Below, piece by piece: positions 8,815 to 16,688 of a stretch of 34,582 nucleotides of DNA. The translations under genes were made by a program, and so were the position numbers. Every line of letters begins with the position of its first letter. The stretch's first letter is position 1. Under the pieces are notes generated by a model, which saw only the letters and a list, made by a program, of their open reading frames with translations, did not search any database and was not told the origin of the DNA. The stretch comes from a virus. Its lineage: Duplodnaviria; Heunggongvirae; Uroviricota; Caudoviricetes. Location of the stretch: the IMG/VR virus record IMGVR_UViG_2623620495_000015. The stretch is one strand, 5' to 3'.

Positions 8815-8997
8815 ATGAAAAACCGTAAGGCAAAAATTCTGTTAGCTCGCAGAAACGGTGTTGGGATCTGGCGATGGTTGAGGATTAGTAACAGACGAGT
8901 GAGGTTGACGGGGTGTTGCGGGGTGATGGGGCACAGTTGTTGCAAAAAGCCCAGCGCGGCGCAAAACCGCTGGAAGAATCACACTAACGCAAAGTAA
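8815..8997 (+). CDS. doubtful small basic ORF (60 aa)
   Basis: ATG with AGGAG RBS, but extremely K/R-rich with CC..CC; may be non-coding. Confidence 0.2.
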   Translation: MKNRKAKILLARRNGVGIWRWLRISNRRVRLTGCCGVMGHSCCKKPSAAQNRWKNHTNAK

Positions 8998-9016
8998 TTA
9001 AATAATAACCAATAAC

Positions 9017-9040
9017 AGACCAAAACATATGTTTTGGTCT
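9017..9040. repeat. perfect 24-bp palindrome AGACCAAAACATATGTTTTGGTCT, with a third half-site GTTTTGGTC at 9053-9061
   Basis: Read directly from the sequence; lies just upstream of the ATG at 9065. Confidence 0.7.
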
Positions 9041-9064
9041 GCCAAAAGTAGTGTTTTGGTCATT

Positions 9065-9343
9065 ATGAAGATTGAACAAATCGGAATGGCAGCCTTCCGG
9101 CAACAGGCTGAAAGCGGTGGCGTGGATGAGTTCGTCGTGCAGCGGTTCGGTGGTGTATATCACCTCTTCGCTGTGAATCGCCGCGCCGGGGTGTCCTATT
9201 TTCTACAGGAACGCCGTGGCGATTACAAGACGTGGCTGTCTCTTGATCGTGCCGCTGCGTTCCTGTCAGGGATTGGCGTTTCACGTTTTACCGTGCGTTT
9301 TGAGGATAACAAACATGCTGAAAAAGATGATCGGAGCCATTAA
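9065..9343 (+). CDS. hypothetical protein (92 aa)
   Basis: Internal ATG of track ORF 9029..9343; overlaps the gemA start by 29 nt. Confidence 0.4.
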   Translation: MKIEQIGMAAFRQQAESGGVDEFVVQRFGGVYHLFAVNRRAGVSYFLQERRGDYKTWLSLDRAAAFLSGIGVSRFTVRFEDNKHAEKDDRSH

Positions 9344-9713
9344 AGCCGGTCAGGCGTATCTGGGGTGGGATGATGCCCTTTATCGCCAGACGCTGGCCCG
9401 CCTGACAGGTAAAACCAGCACCACTCGCTGCAACCTCGATGAACTGCGCATCATCCGGGAATATATGCACGAACAGGGATTCCCGCGTAAAGCGCCCACC
9501 GGTAAAGGTCGCCGTCCCCGTGTTGCAATGAGCAGAAAATCGGTATTATCAAAAATTGAAGCGTTGCTGGCTGATGCCGGTCGTTCCTGGGGGTATGCGG
9601 AAGGACTGGCATCTCACATGTATAAGCAACATGTGATCGAATGGCTGACGGATGAACAGCTTTTCGGGGTGATGGTGGCGCTGGTTAAAGATTCAAGAAG
9701 GAGGAGTAAATGA
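9315..9713 (+). CDS. gemA: GemA-like protein (Mu gp16 family)
   Basis: ATG with GAGG RBS (track ORF 9216..9713 begins earlier at a non-ATG codon); MLKKMIGAIKAGQAYLGWDDALYRQTLARLTGKTS... matches the Mu gp16/GemA family from memory. Confidence 0.65.
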   Translation: MLKKMIGAIKAGQAYLGWDDALYRQTLARLTGKTSTTRCNLDELRIIREYMHEQGFPRKAPTGKGRRPRVAMSRKSVLSKIEALLADAGRSWGYAEGLASHMYKQHVIEWLTDEQLFGVMVALVKDSRRRSK

Positions 9714-10213
9714 TTAAAAAACGGTATTTTCTTTTAGTGGCGTTCATTTTGTCTTTTCCTGCCGTTGCTGAATGGCACACATGGGTACAAAAAGATGCTT
9801 TTGATGATCAACAAACAGCCATGATGGTGGGTATTGGAACAATGGATTTTGGGATTGCTTTAGACTGTTCGAATGACTCACTATTTGCTGGTATTACAAA
9901 AGAAACAGATAAAGTTAACATTGCGTTATTCGGTTCATCAAAAGATTTAATATTTAGGATAGACGAATTTCCAGCAGTAAAGACCACAGGGGTACTCGCT
10001 GCACGAAATGAAAAAATGTATATCTATAAAATAGAGGACAAACAAAAAATCAAAGAGTTGTTATCTTATCTTCGAAAAGCCCAAAAACGTGTTTTAGCTG
10101 GTGTAAAAGAACCGAGTGAAGAACGAGGCGCATCGTTTAATGTAACACCGACAGGTTCAACAACCGCTGTTAATAAATTTATCAAAGCCTGTAACATTAA
10201 GATTCCAGAGTAA
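9710..10213 (+). CDS. secreted/periplasmic protein of unknown function (167 aa), AT-rich moron
   Basis: Strong RBS GAAGGAGGAG; Sec-type signal peptide MIKKRYFLLVAFILSFPAVA/EW; GC content visibly far below flanking phage genes; own terminator downstream. Confidence 0.6.
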   Translation: MIKKRYFLLVAFILSFPAVAEWHTWVQKDAFDDQQTAMMVGIGTMDFGIALDCSNDSLFAGITKETDKVNIALFGSSKDLIFRIDEFPAVKTTGVLAARNEKMYIYKIEDKQKIKELLSYLRKAQKRVLAGVKEPSEERGASFNVTPTGSTTAVNKFIKACNIKIPE

Positions 10214-10223
10214 CTTAATAGCC

Positions 10224-10249
10224 GCCCCTGCCATGTAGGGGCTTTTTTT
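10224..10249 (+). terminator. intrinsic terminator after the secreted-protein gene
   Basis: GCCCCT (10224-10229), loop GCCATGT, AGGGGC (10237-10242), then T7 run (10243-10249). Confidence 0.6.
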
Positions 10250-10255
10250 GTGGTC

Positions 10256-10283
10256 TGTACAGGCGATCATGTATGGCTATAAT
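10256..10283 (+). promoter_or_regulatory. candidate sigma70 promoter upstream of the Mor/C-family gene
   Basis: -10 TATAAT at 10278-10283; 16-nt spacer; -35-like TGTACA at 10256-10261. Confidence 0.35.
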
Positions 10284-10312
10284 AACAGTAAGTTACTACC
10301 GGAGACGCCATC

Positions 10313-10780
10313 ATGCAGACCTTCAGTGAAACAGATCTTCGCGATGCGCAGGCACTGCTGCCCGATTCCGTGCAGCAACTGATTAGCGTGATTGGCTTCC
10401 CCGCCCTGACCCGGTTGATTCGTTCTTTTGGTGGCGTGACGTTAAGTGGTAAAACCGGCGCACACGCCGAACGCACCGGCGGTGTCCATGCCCTGTTACA
10501 TGACGTGCTGACCGAAGACGAAATCAACAAACTGATCCGCTTTCTTGGCGGTGCTCCGTTTTACATCCCCCGTTGCGATCATGCGTTACGTGCCCTGCGT
10601 AACACCCGTTTTATGGCTGATTTACAGCAGCATGTAAAAGACGGGTGCTCACACCGGCAGGCGCTGGCGCTGCTCTGTCCCCGCTACGGGATTTCAGACC
10701 GGTATGCATGGCAACTGATACACCGACGACAAAAACAGACTTCGCTGAAAAGCCCCACCCAGGTGGGGCTTTTTGATTAA
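10313..10780 (+). CDS. Mor/C-family transcriptional activator
   Basis: 155-aa ORF with GGAG RBS; C-terminal region with FYIPR motif and HTH-like segment resembles Mu Mor/C (memory); sits after gemA as in Mu. Confidence 0.7.
   Translation: MQTFSETDLRDAQALLPDSVQQLISVIGFPALTRLIRSFGGVTLSGKTGAHAERTGGVHALLHDVLTEDEINKLIRFLGGAPFYIPRCDHALRALRNTRFMADLQQHVKDGCSHRQALALLCPRYGISDRYAWQLIHRRQKQTSLKSPTQVGLFD
10751..10775 (+). terminator. intrinsic terminator overlapping the 3' end of the Mor/C-family gene
   Basis: GCCCCAC (10752-10758), loop CCAG, GTGGGGC (10763-10769), then T5. Confidence 0.5.
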
Positions 10781-10807
10781 TGAGACTCAGAAAAAAGGAG
10801 ACACGAA

Positions 10808-11095
10808 ATGATGAGTTCTGACACCAATATCGACTACGCAGCACTCGGTGAATATACCGCATTTTCAGACAAGGCCCGGGATGCAGCCCGTCGCCGACAT
10901 GCTGAGATGTGTAATTTATCCAGTTATCTGGCGAGACAGGCCCAAAGCCCGGAGTCAGAAACGAATCATAATGAAGTGCTGTCAGCCGTAAACAGGATGC
11001 TGGACGCAGAACGGGAAATGCGTAATGCCGTGGAAAGAGCTAACCTGTTGGCGCGGGCATGTTATAAGCCACCATTAAAACTCGCTTCCCTTTAA
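10808..11095 (+). CDS. hypothetical protein (95 aa)
   Basis: Strong RBS AAGGAG 6 nt upstream of ATG; no recognisable domain. Confidence 0.4.
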   Translation: MMSSDTNIDYAALGEYTAFSDKARDAARRRHAEMCNLSSYLARQAQSPESETNHNEVLSAVNRMLDAEREMRNAVERANLLARACYKPPLKLASL

Positions 11096-11122
11096 CCCAT
11101 CCAGATAATCAACCTGCCGGGG

Positions 11123-11135
11123 GTGCTGAACACCC
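11123..11135 (+). promoter_or_regulatory. candidate late-promoter activator site 1 (GTGCTGAACACCC), upstream of the lysis cassette
   Basis: Exact 13-mer also at 18545-18557 and 30503-30515; sites 1 and 2 also share CAGTACCC downstream. Confidence 0.5.
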
Positions 11136-11282
11136 CCAGCAGTACCCACCACACCAGACCGTTTACCCTGTCCACTCAGACCACAAGGCACCTTAAGGGA
11201 TAGCGCCCTGCAAAAGGCTTTTGTGCCTTTGACAGGGTGTTATTTACGGGCCGTCAGTGGCTCAGATTTACAGGAGAAACTC

Positions 11283-11675
11283 ATGTCTGAACCCTTATCA
11301 GGCGGCGGAGCTGTGGCAGTCACCATCGGTGGTGCCAGTGTGTTTGGCCTTCTCACCAATACCGATTTCGGGGTCGTGGTGGGCGCGTTTGCCGGGGCGC
11401 TTTTTGTTGTCACGCAGCAGAAAGAAATCCCGGTCTGGCGAATGGCCATCCACCTGCTCGTCGCGTTTGTGGTTGGCGTTCTGGGGGCTGGCGTGGCTGC
11501 GTCACTGATGCAGTGGCTGACCCACTACAACGACAAGCCGCTAGATGCATTGTGTGCGGTCGGTGTCTCGGCGCTCTCAATCAAGATTCTGACGTTTATT
11601 TATAAACAGGATATTTCATCGCTGTTTGGCCTGTTTTCACGGCTGCGCGGCGGAGGGGGTGAAAATGGTAAGTAG
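11283..11675 (+). CDS. putative holin (130 aa, multi-pass membrane protein)
   Basis: ATG with AGGAG RBS; about three hydrophobic segments; first gene of the lysis cassette. Confidence 0.5.
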   Translation: MSEPLSGGGAVAVTIGGASVFGLLTNTDFGVVVGAFAGALFVVTQQKEIPVWRMAIHLLVAFVVGVLGAGVAASLMQWLTHYNDKPLDALCAVGVSALSIKILTFIYKQDISSLFGLFSRLRGGGGENGK

Positions 11676-11961
11676 CGTTGCCGGCATTGTTAACGTCTGG
11701 CTGTGTGTCGCCATTGTGTTCGGGTTGTTCGTGTACCGCCGTAAAGGGGCTGTTCATAAACCTGCGGTCACCTGGGTGGCGTACTGGCTGATGCTCTGGT
11801 ACGCCATCATCCCGTTCCGCTGGTTGTTTGGTACGTACACCCACTCCAGCTGGCTGGTTGTGGCGCTTAATCTGGTGTTCTGTGCGCTCATCGTGTGGGC
11901 GCACGGGAATTTGTCGAAAATCCTTTCGTTACTGAGGTATCCATATGAAATCAAAAGATGA
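11665..11961 (+). CDS. small membrane protein (98 aa), holin/antiholin-like partner
   Basis: ATG 7 nt after GGAGGG; two to three hydrophobic helices; overlaps neighbours at both ends. Confidence 0.45.
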   Translation: MVSSVAGIVNVWLCVAIVFGLFVYRRKGAVHKPAVTWVAYWLMLWYAIIPFRWLFGTYTHSSWLVVALNLVFCALIVWAHGNLSKILSLLRYPYEIKR

Positions 11962-12490
11962 AATCTTTGACAGCGTTCTGGGTAAAGAAGGCGGTTACGT
12001 CAATCACCCGGATGATAAAGGTGGCCCGACCAAATGGGGAATTACGGAAAAAGTCGCCCGCGCTCACGGATACCGTGGCGATATGCGCGATCTAACCCGC
12101 GAACAGGCGCTGGACATCCTTGAAGCCGATTACTGGTATGGCCCGCGATTTGACCAGGTCGCCGCGTTATCCTCTGATATTGCCGCAGAGCTGTGTGATA
12201 CCGGTGTGAATATGGGGCCAACCGTGGCGTCCAGAATGCTTCAGCGCTGGCTGAATGTGTTCAATCTGCGCGGCAGGATGTATCCCGATATGGATGCAGA
12301 CGGGCGCATCGGGCCTCGTACTATCAGTGCATTGCGCGCCTTCCTGAATTATCGCGGTCAGGACGGCGAACGGGTGATGCTGAAGGCCCTGAACTGCACG
12401 CAGGGTGAGCGCTATCTGGAACTGGCAGAGAAACGCGAAGCCAACGAATCGTTTGTTTATGGCTGGCTGGAGGAGCGCGTGGCGGTATGA
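11945..12490 (+). CDS. endolysin, glycoside hydrolase family 108-like with C-terminal peptidoglycan-binding region
   Basis: N-terminal EGGYVNHPDDKGGPTKWGIT is the hallmark GH108 motif (TtsA-like muramidases). Confidence 0.8.
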   Translation: MKSKDEIFDSVLGKEGGYVNHPDDKGGPTKWGITEKVARAHGYRGDMRDLTREQALDILEADYWYGPRFDQVAALSSDIAAELCDTGVNMGPTVASRMLQRWLNVFNLRGRMYPDMDADGRIGPRTISALRAFLNYRGQDGERVMLKALNCTQGERYLELAEKREANESFVYGWLEERVAV

Positions 12491-12669
12491 CGCGTCAGCA
12501 CTGGACCCACAGAACGCCACGTAAAGCCGCGCGCTGTGTTCTGGCCCTGTTTCTGGTGATGTTGCTTCCGGTGGGATGCACAGACATTAACAGAGCGGGC
12601 CAGCTGTTTGACGCGGCGGCGCAGGTCTGCCGGATTATTGACGGTATCCGGCAGTGTTCGCAGAACTGA
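12487..12669 (+). CDS. small putative lipoprotein (60 aa), possible spanin-like lysis accessory
   Basis: ATGA overlap with the endolysin stop; signal-like N-terminus ending LLPVGC (non-canonical lipobox); three Cys in the mature part. Confidence 0.3.
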   Translation: MTRQHWTHRTPRKAARCVLALFLVMLLPVGCTDINRAGQLFDAAAQVCRIIDGIRQCSQN

Positions 12670-12689
12670 TTTTTTGAAGGTCTGACACA

Positions 12690-12896
12690 GTGAGCATTAT
12701 CAGATTTACAGAATACACAGGTTCAGGAGGTGCTGGCGCTGTCATGGTGCTCGCTGAACGAATCACCCATTTTTACCGTCAGTACGGTACACATGATGGC
12801 ACTGTCATTGAACTGGATACCGGGAAAAACGTATTTGTTCTTGAAAATCCCGACGAAGTTCAGCGCAGGATTGAACAGGCTCAGAAGGACACTTAA
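12690..12896 (+). CDS. hypothetical small protein (68 aa, GTG start)
   Basis: Track ORF; TAATG overlap with the following gene. Confidence 0.35.
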   Translation: MSIIRFTEYTGSGGAGAVMVLAERITHFYRQYGTHDGTVIELDTGKNVFVLENPDEVQRRIEQAQKDT

Positions 12897-13396
12897 TGGC
12901 GTGGTCACAGGATATCAGGGACAAAGTCCGTAACGGGTACATCTTTGACCAGCTTCCGCTGGATATCGTCGCCATGAAGTACGCCGTACCGCACGATACC
13001 GCGCGGCGCTGGAAAACGCAGGCAATGAAGAACGGCGACGACTGGGACAAGCTGCGGGCCGCGCACGCGCTCGCCGGTGACGGGCTGGAAAGTGTCGCCC
13101 GCACCGTGCTTATCAGTCTGGTGGTGAAGTGTCAGACGACGCTTGAGCGGCTGAACCAGAACCCGGACATCCCGCCGCAGGAGTCCGTCGAACTGCTGGC
13201 GAGTCTGTCTGACAGTCTCAGTAAGGCGGTGGCCAGCAGCAAAAAAATCCTGCCGGAAACCGACCGGCTCGCCACGGCACTGGAAGTGGTGCAGCGGCTC
13301 GGTGCGTTCATCAGGGAGCGTCACCCGGCACAGTATGCCGCGTTCCTTGAGGTGCTCGAAGGCTTCGCTAAAGAGCTTGAGGATAATTTCAGTTAA
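12896..13396 (+). CDS. terminase small subunit-like protein (Mu gp27 family)
   Basis: 166-aa ORF immediately upstream of the large terminase; N-terminal HTH-like region. Confidence 0.55.
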   Translation: MAWSQDIRDKVRNGYIFDQLPLDIVAMKYAVPHDTARRWKTQAMKNGDDWDKLRAAHALAGDGLESVARTVLISLVVKCQTTLERLNQNPDIPPQESVELLASLSDSLSKAVASSKKILPETDRLATALEVVQRLGAFIRERHPAQYAAFLEVLEGFAKELEDNFS

Positions 13397-13430
13397 CCAC
13401 AGCGGCCCGGTTTTCCGGGCCGTCTGATAT

Positions 13431-15089
13431 TTGTATACCAGGTGTGACGTGGCAAAACGTAAACTTTCCATTAAAGAGTTTCAGAGAAGCCTGCAGGAGT
13501 ACATCGCCAACCTCCGCCAGACCATCGAGGCTGAATGTCTGGGGTTCGATGTTAACCCGCAGGCCACACAGGCCCGCCGGGCGGCAGTCTGCGACCCGGT
13601 GACGGGCTACGATTATTTTGTCGAAAACTATTTCCCGCATTACGTCCGCAACCCGGCAAAAAGTGAGCTGCATAAATACCTGTTCAGCCGTCTGCCACAG
13701 GTTGTGGCAAGCCCGGACCCGGAGAACGACGCCATCGCCGCGCCCCGTGGTGAAGCAAAATCCACGCTGGTGACTCAGCTGTTTACCCTGTGGACCATTA
13801 TCCGGGCCATTAAACATTACCCGGTCATCATTATGGACAGTATCGACCAGGCTTACCCGATGCTGGAAGCCATCAAGGCTGAACTGGAATTTAACCCCCG
13901 TTTAAAAAACGATTTCCCGGAAGTGTGCGGACAGGGCCGTGTCTGGCGTATGGGGACCATCGTCACGGCCAACAATATCAAGGTAACCGTTGCCGGTAGT
14001 GGTAAAAAACTGCGTGGTCTGCGCCACGGCCCGTACCGTCCTGACCTGGTCATCCTCGATGACATCGAGAACGACGAGATGGTGCGTAACCCGGAGCAGC
14101 GCGACAAGCTGCATGACTGGCTCACCAGAACCGTGATGCCGCTGGGCGAGGCTGGCGGTAAAACCGATATTATTTATATCGGGACTATCCTGCATTACGA
14201 CTCGGTATTGTCCCGCACCCTGGATAACCCGATGTGGAAAACAGCCCGCTTTAAGGCTGTTATTCAGTGGCCTGCCAACATGAAGCTGTGGGACGAGTGG
14301 GAAGAACTCATCCGCAACAAACAGCCGGAAGCGGCGGAGGCACTTTATCAGCAGAACGAAGCCGACATGCTCGCCGGGTCGGTGGTGTCATGGGCGGCGC
14401 GCCCACTGCTGGCGCTGATGAAAATCCGTGTCCGTGACGGTCACGACACCTTTGATTCTGAATACCAGAACGACCCGGTCAGCGGTGAAGATGCGCTGTT
14501 TGCGGGCTGCATTAAGTTCTGGGTTAACCGTCTTGATGAATGGGTGTTTTATGGTGCTGTTGACCCCAGTCTCGGGAAGAAGAATAAAAACCGCGACCCG
14601 TCGGCCATTCTCGTGGGGGGCTTTAACCGTTTTACCGGCATTCTGGATGTGGTTGAAGCCGATATCCGCCGACGTCTGCCAAACAAACTTATCGAAGACG
14701 TGATTAAGTATCAGCGGGAATACCACTGTCTGTGCTGGTCGTTTGAGTCCGTTCAGTTTCAGGAGTTTCTGCGTACCGTGCTGGTTGAGCGTTCGGCGGC
14801 GCTGGGCGTACCGGTTCCGGCGCTGCCGGTCATCCCGCTGGAGGATAAGGCACTGCGTATCGAATCCCTTCAGCCGCATATGGCCAACGGCCTGATTCGT
14901 ATCAGCCACACACATCAGACGCTGATTGACCAGCTGCGCCACTACCCCAAAGCTGACCACGATGATGGCCCGGACTGTCTGCACATGCTGTGGACGCTGG
15001 CGGTTTCGCGTAGCGCAAAATTTCAGATACACACCCCACGCAGCAGCGGGCGTGACCGTGGCGGGCGTTTTGGTTCAGGAGGATGGTAA
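13431..15089 (+). CDS. terminase large subunit (Mu gp28-like)
   Basis: 552-aa ORF with ATPase-like N-terminal half and nuclease-like C-terminal half; start uncertain (track uses TTG 13431; GTG 13449 also possible). Confidence 0.8.
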   Translation: MYTRCDVAKRKLSIKEFQRSLQEYIANLRQTIEAECLGFDVNPQATQARRAAVCDPVTGYDYFVENYFPHYVRNPAKSELHKYLFSRLPQVVASPDPENDAIAAPRGEAKSTLVTQLFTLWTIIRAIKHYPVIIMDSIDQAYPMLEAIKAELEFNPRLKNDFPEVCGQGRVWRMGTIVTANNIKVTVAGSGKKLRGLRHGPYRPDLVILDDIENDEMVRNPEQRDKLHDWLTRTVMPLGEAGGKTDIIYIGTILHYDSVLSRTLDNPMWKTARFKAVIQWPANMKLWDEWEELIRNKQPEAAEALYQQNEADMLAGSVVSWAARPLLALMKIRVRDGHDTFDSEYQNDPVSGEDALFAGCIKFWVNRLDEWVFYGAVDPSLGKKNKNRDPSAILVGGFNRFTGILDVVEADIRRRLPNKLIEDVIKYQREYHCLCWSFESVQFQEFLRTVLVERSAALGVPVPALPVIPLEDKALRIESLQPHMANGLIRISHTHQTLIDQLRHYPKADHDDGPDCLHMLWTLAVSRSAKFQIHTPRSSGRDRGGRFGSGGW

Positions 15090-15092
15090 TTA

Positions 15093-16688
15093 ATGGCACA
15101 GCTTGTTGATATTTACGGACGCCCGCTGAAACGTGAGGCACTCAAAACCACGCAGTCGGTCAGAGTGGCGGAACGGCTGCGCATTTATCCCGACCACCCG
15201 TCCCGTGGTCTGAACATCAGAAAACTGCCGCGCATTCTGGAAGCTGCCGAACGCGGTTATCTTCCGGCGCAGGCGATGCTGTTTGCGGATATGGAAGAAC
15301 GTGATGGCCATCTGTTCGCCGAGATGGAAAAGCGCAAAAAAGCATTGCTGACGCTGGACTGGTCGGTGGAGCCGCCACGCAATGCCTCGAAGGCAGAAAA
15401 GGAGCTGGCCGCCGCCGTGGATGAATGGCTGCACGGTATCCCGGACATGGAGGACATCATCCTCAACGGGATGAGCAGTGTCGGTTACGGCTTCAGTTGT
15501 CAGGAAATCAGCTGGGCGTTCGTGGATAAAACGTGGTTACCGGATGCGGTGACGCTGCGACCGCATAACTGGTTTATTACCCTGCCGGAACACAATGACG
15601 AACTCCGGCTGGATGACGGCAATCGTGGGGAAGATGGTAAAGACGGTTCCGCGCTGTGGCCGTTCGGCTGGCTGGTTCACCGTTACAACGCCCGGTCGGG
15701 GTTCCTGGGTTCATCCGGCCTGTTCCGCGTACTGGTCTGGCCGTATCTGTTCAAAAACTTTGCGCTGCGTGATATGGCAGAATTTCTGGAGATTTACGGC
15801 CTTCCGGCGCGCATTGCGTACTATGCACAGGGCACCAGTGACGAGGACCGGGACAACATTCTTGAGGCGCTGGTCAATCTGGGTCATGAAGCGGTGGCAG
15901 CCCTGCCGCAGGGTAACGAAATTGAGTTCAAGGAGGCCGCGTCCGGCGGACCGGAGGCGTTCATGTCGATGGTGGAATGGGCAGAGCGCACCACCTCAAA
16001 AGTGATTCTGGGCAGTACGCTGACCAGCCAGGCTGACGGTAAAACCTCCACCAACGCGCTGGGTAATGTGCATAACGAGGTCCGGCACGACATTCTGGCC
16101 GCCGATGCTCGCCAGCTGTCCGGCATGTTCAGCAGCCTGATACAGATGATGGCCAGCCTGAACGGCTGGCAGGATATCCCGCCACGCCGTCTGCCGCGTC
16201 TGGTGTTTGATGTGCAGCAGGAAGCCGACATTAAGGGCGTGGCGGAAGCCGTCAACGTGCTGGTCAACAATGTGGGGATGAAGGATATCCCTGTGTCGTG
16301 GGTACGCAAAAAAACCGGTATCCCCACCCCGAAAGACGGCGAAGAGGTACTGGTGCCGGTGGCACCGCGTCTCCCTGTGCAGGCGGGCCTCAGCCAGCTG
16401 CGTGAGCGGCTGAATGTTGCCGCGCTCAGTCAGCAGGACAACGGGGAGGACGACCCGGCACAGCGCGCCATCGACCGGGCAGAGCTTCCGGCAGAGGCCA
16501 TCACGCAGGGGATGAACGAACTGGTGGCCCCACTGGTGCAGGCCATACAGGAAGGCCGGGATGCAGACGAGGCCATGAACGTACTGGCGGAAGCATGGCC
16601 GGAACTGCCGGATGAAACGCTGCGGCAGTTGCTGACGCAGGCATTCTTTGTGGCGGATATCTGGGGGCGACTGAATGCCGACAGCTGA
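15093..16688 (+). CDS. portal protein (Mu gp29/H-like)
   Basis: 531-aa ORF directly after the terminase; AGGAGG upstream. Confidence 0.8.
   Translation: MAQLVDIYGRPLKREALKTTQSVRVAERLRIYPDHPSRGLNIRKLPRILEAAERGYLPAQAMLFADMEERDGHLFAEMEKRKKALLTLDWSVEPPRNASKAEKELAAAVDEWLHGIPDMEDIILNGMSSVGYGFSCQEISWAFVDKTWLPDAVTLRPHNWFITLPEHNDELRLDDGNRGEDGKDGSALWPFGWLVHRYNARSGFLGSSGLFRVLVWPYLFKNFALRDMAEFLEIYGLPARIAYYAQGTSDEDRDNILEALVNLGHEAVAALPQGNEIEFKEAASGGPEAFMSMVEWAERTTSKVILGSTLTSQADGKTSTNALGNVHNEVRHDILAADARQLSGMFSSLIQMMASLNGWQDIPPRRLPRLVFDVQQEADIKGVAEAVNVLVNNVGMKDIPVSWVRKKTGIPTPKDGEEVLVPVAPRLPVQAGLSQLRERLNVAALSQQDNGEDDPAQRAIDRAELPAEAITQGMNELVAPLVQAIQEGRDADEAMNVLAEAWPELPDETLRQLLTQAFFVADIWGRLNADS

Noticed and set aside
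8739-8945. 68-aa minus-strand ORF with hydrophobic C-terminus (possible small toxin)
   Set aside because: Only start codon is TTG with no internal ATG and no RBS seen; considered as a type I toxin-like peptide but support is insufficient.
11229-11234. Perfect TTGACA -35 hexamer upstream of the holin gene
   Set aside because: No acceptable -10 element at 16-18 bp spacing; the late-motif site about 100 bp upstream is the more plausible regulatory element.
12905-13471. 188-aa minus-strand ORF
   Set aside because: Antisense shadow of the small-terminase-like gene; all confident genes in the window are on the + strand.
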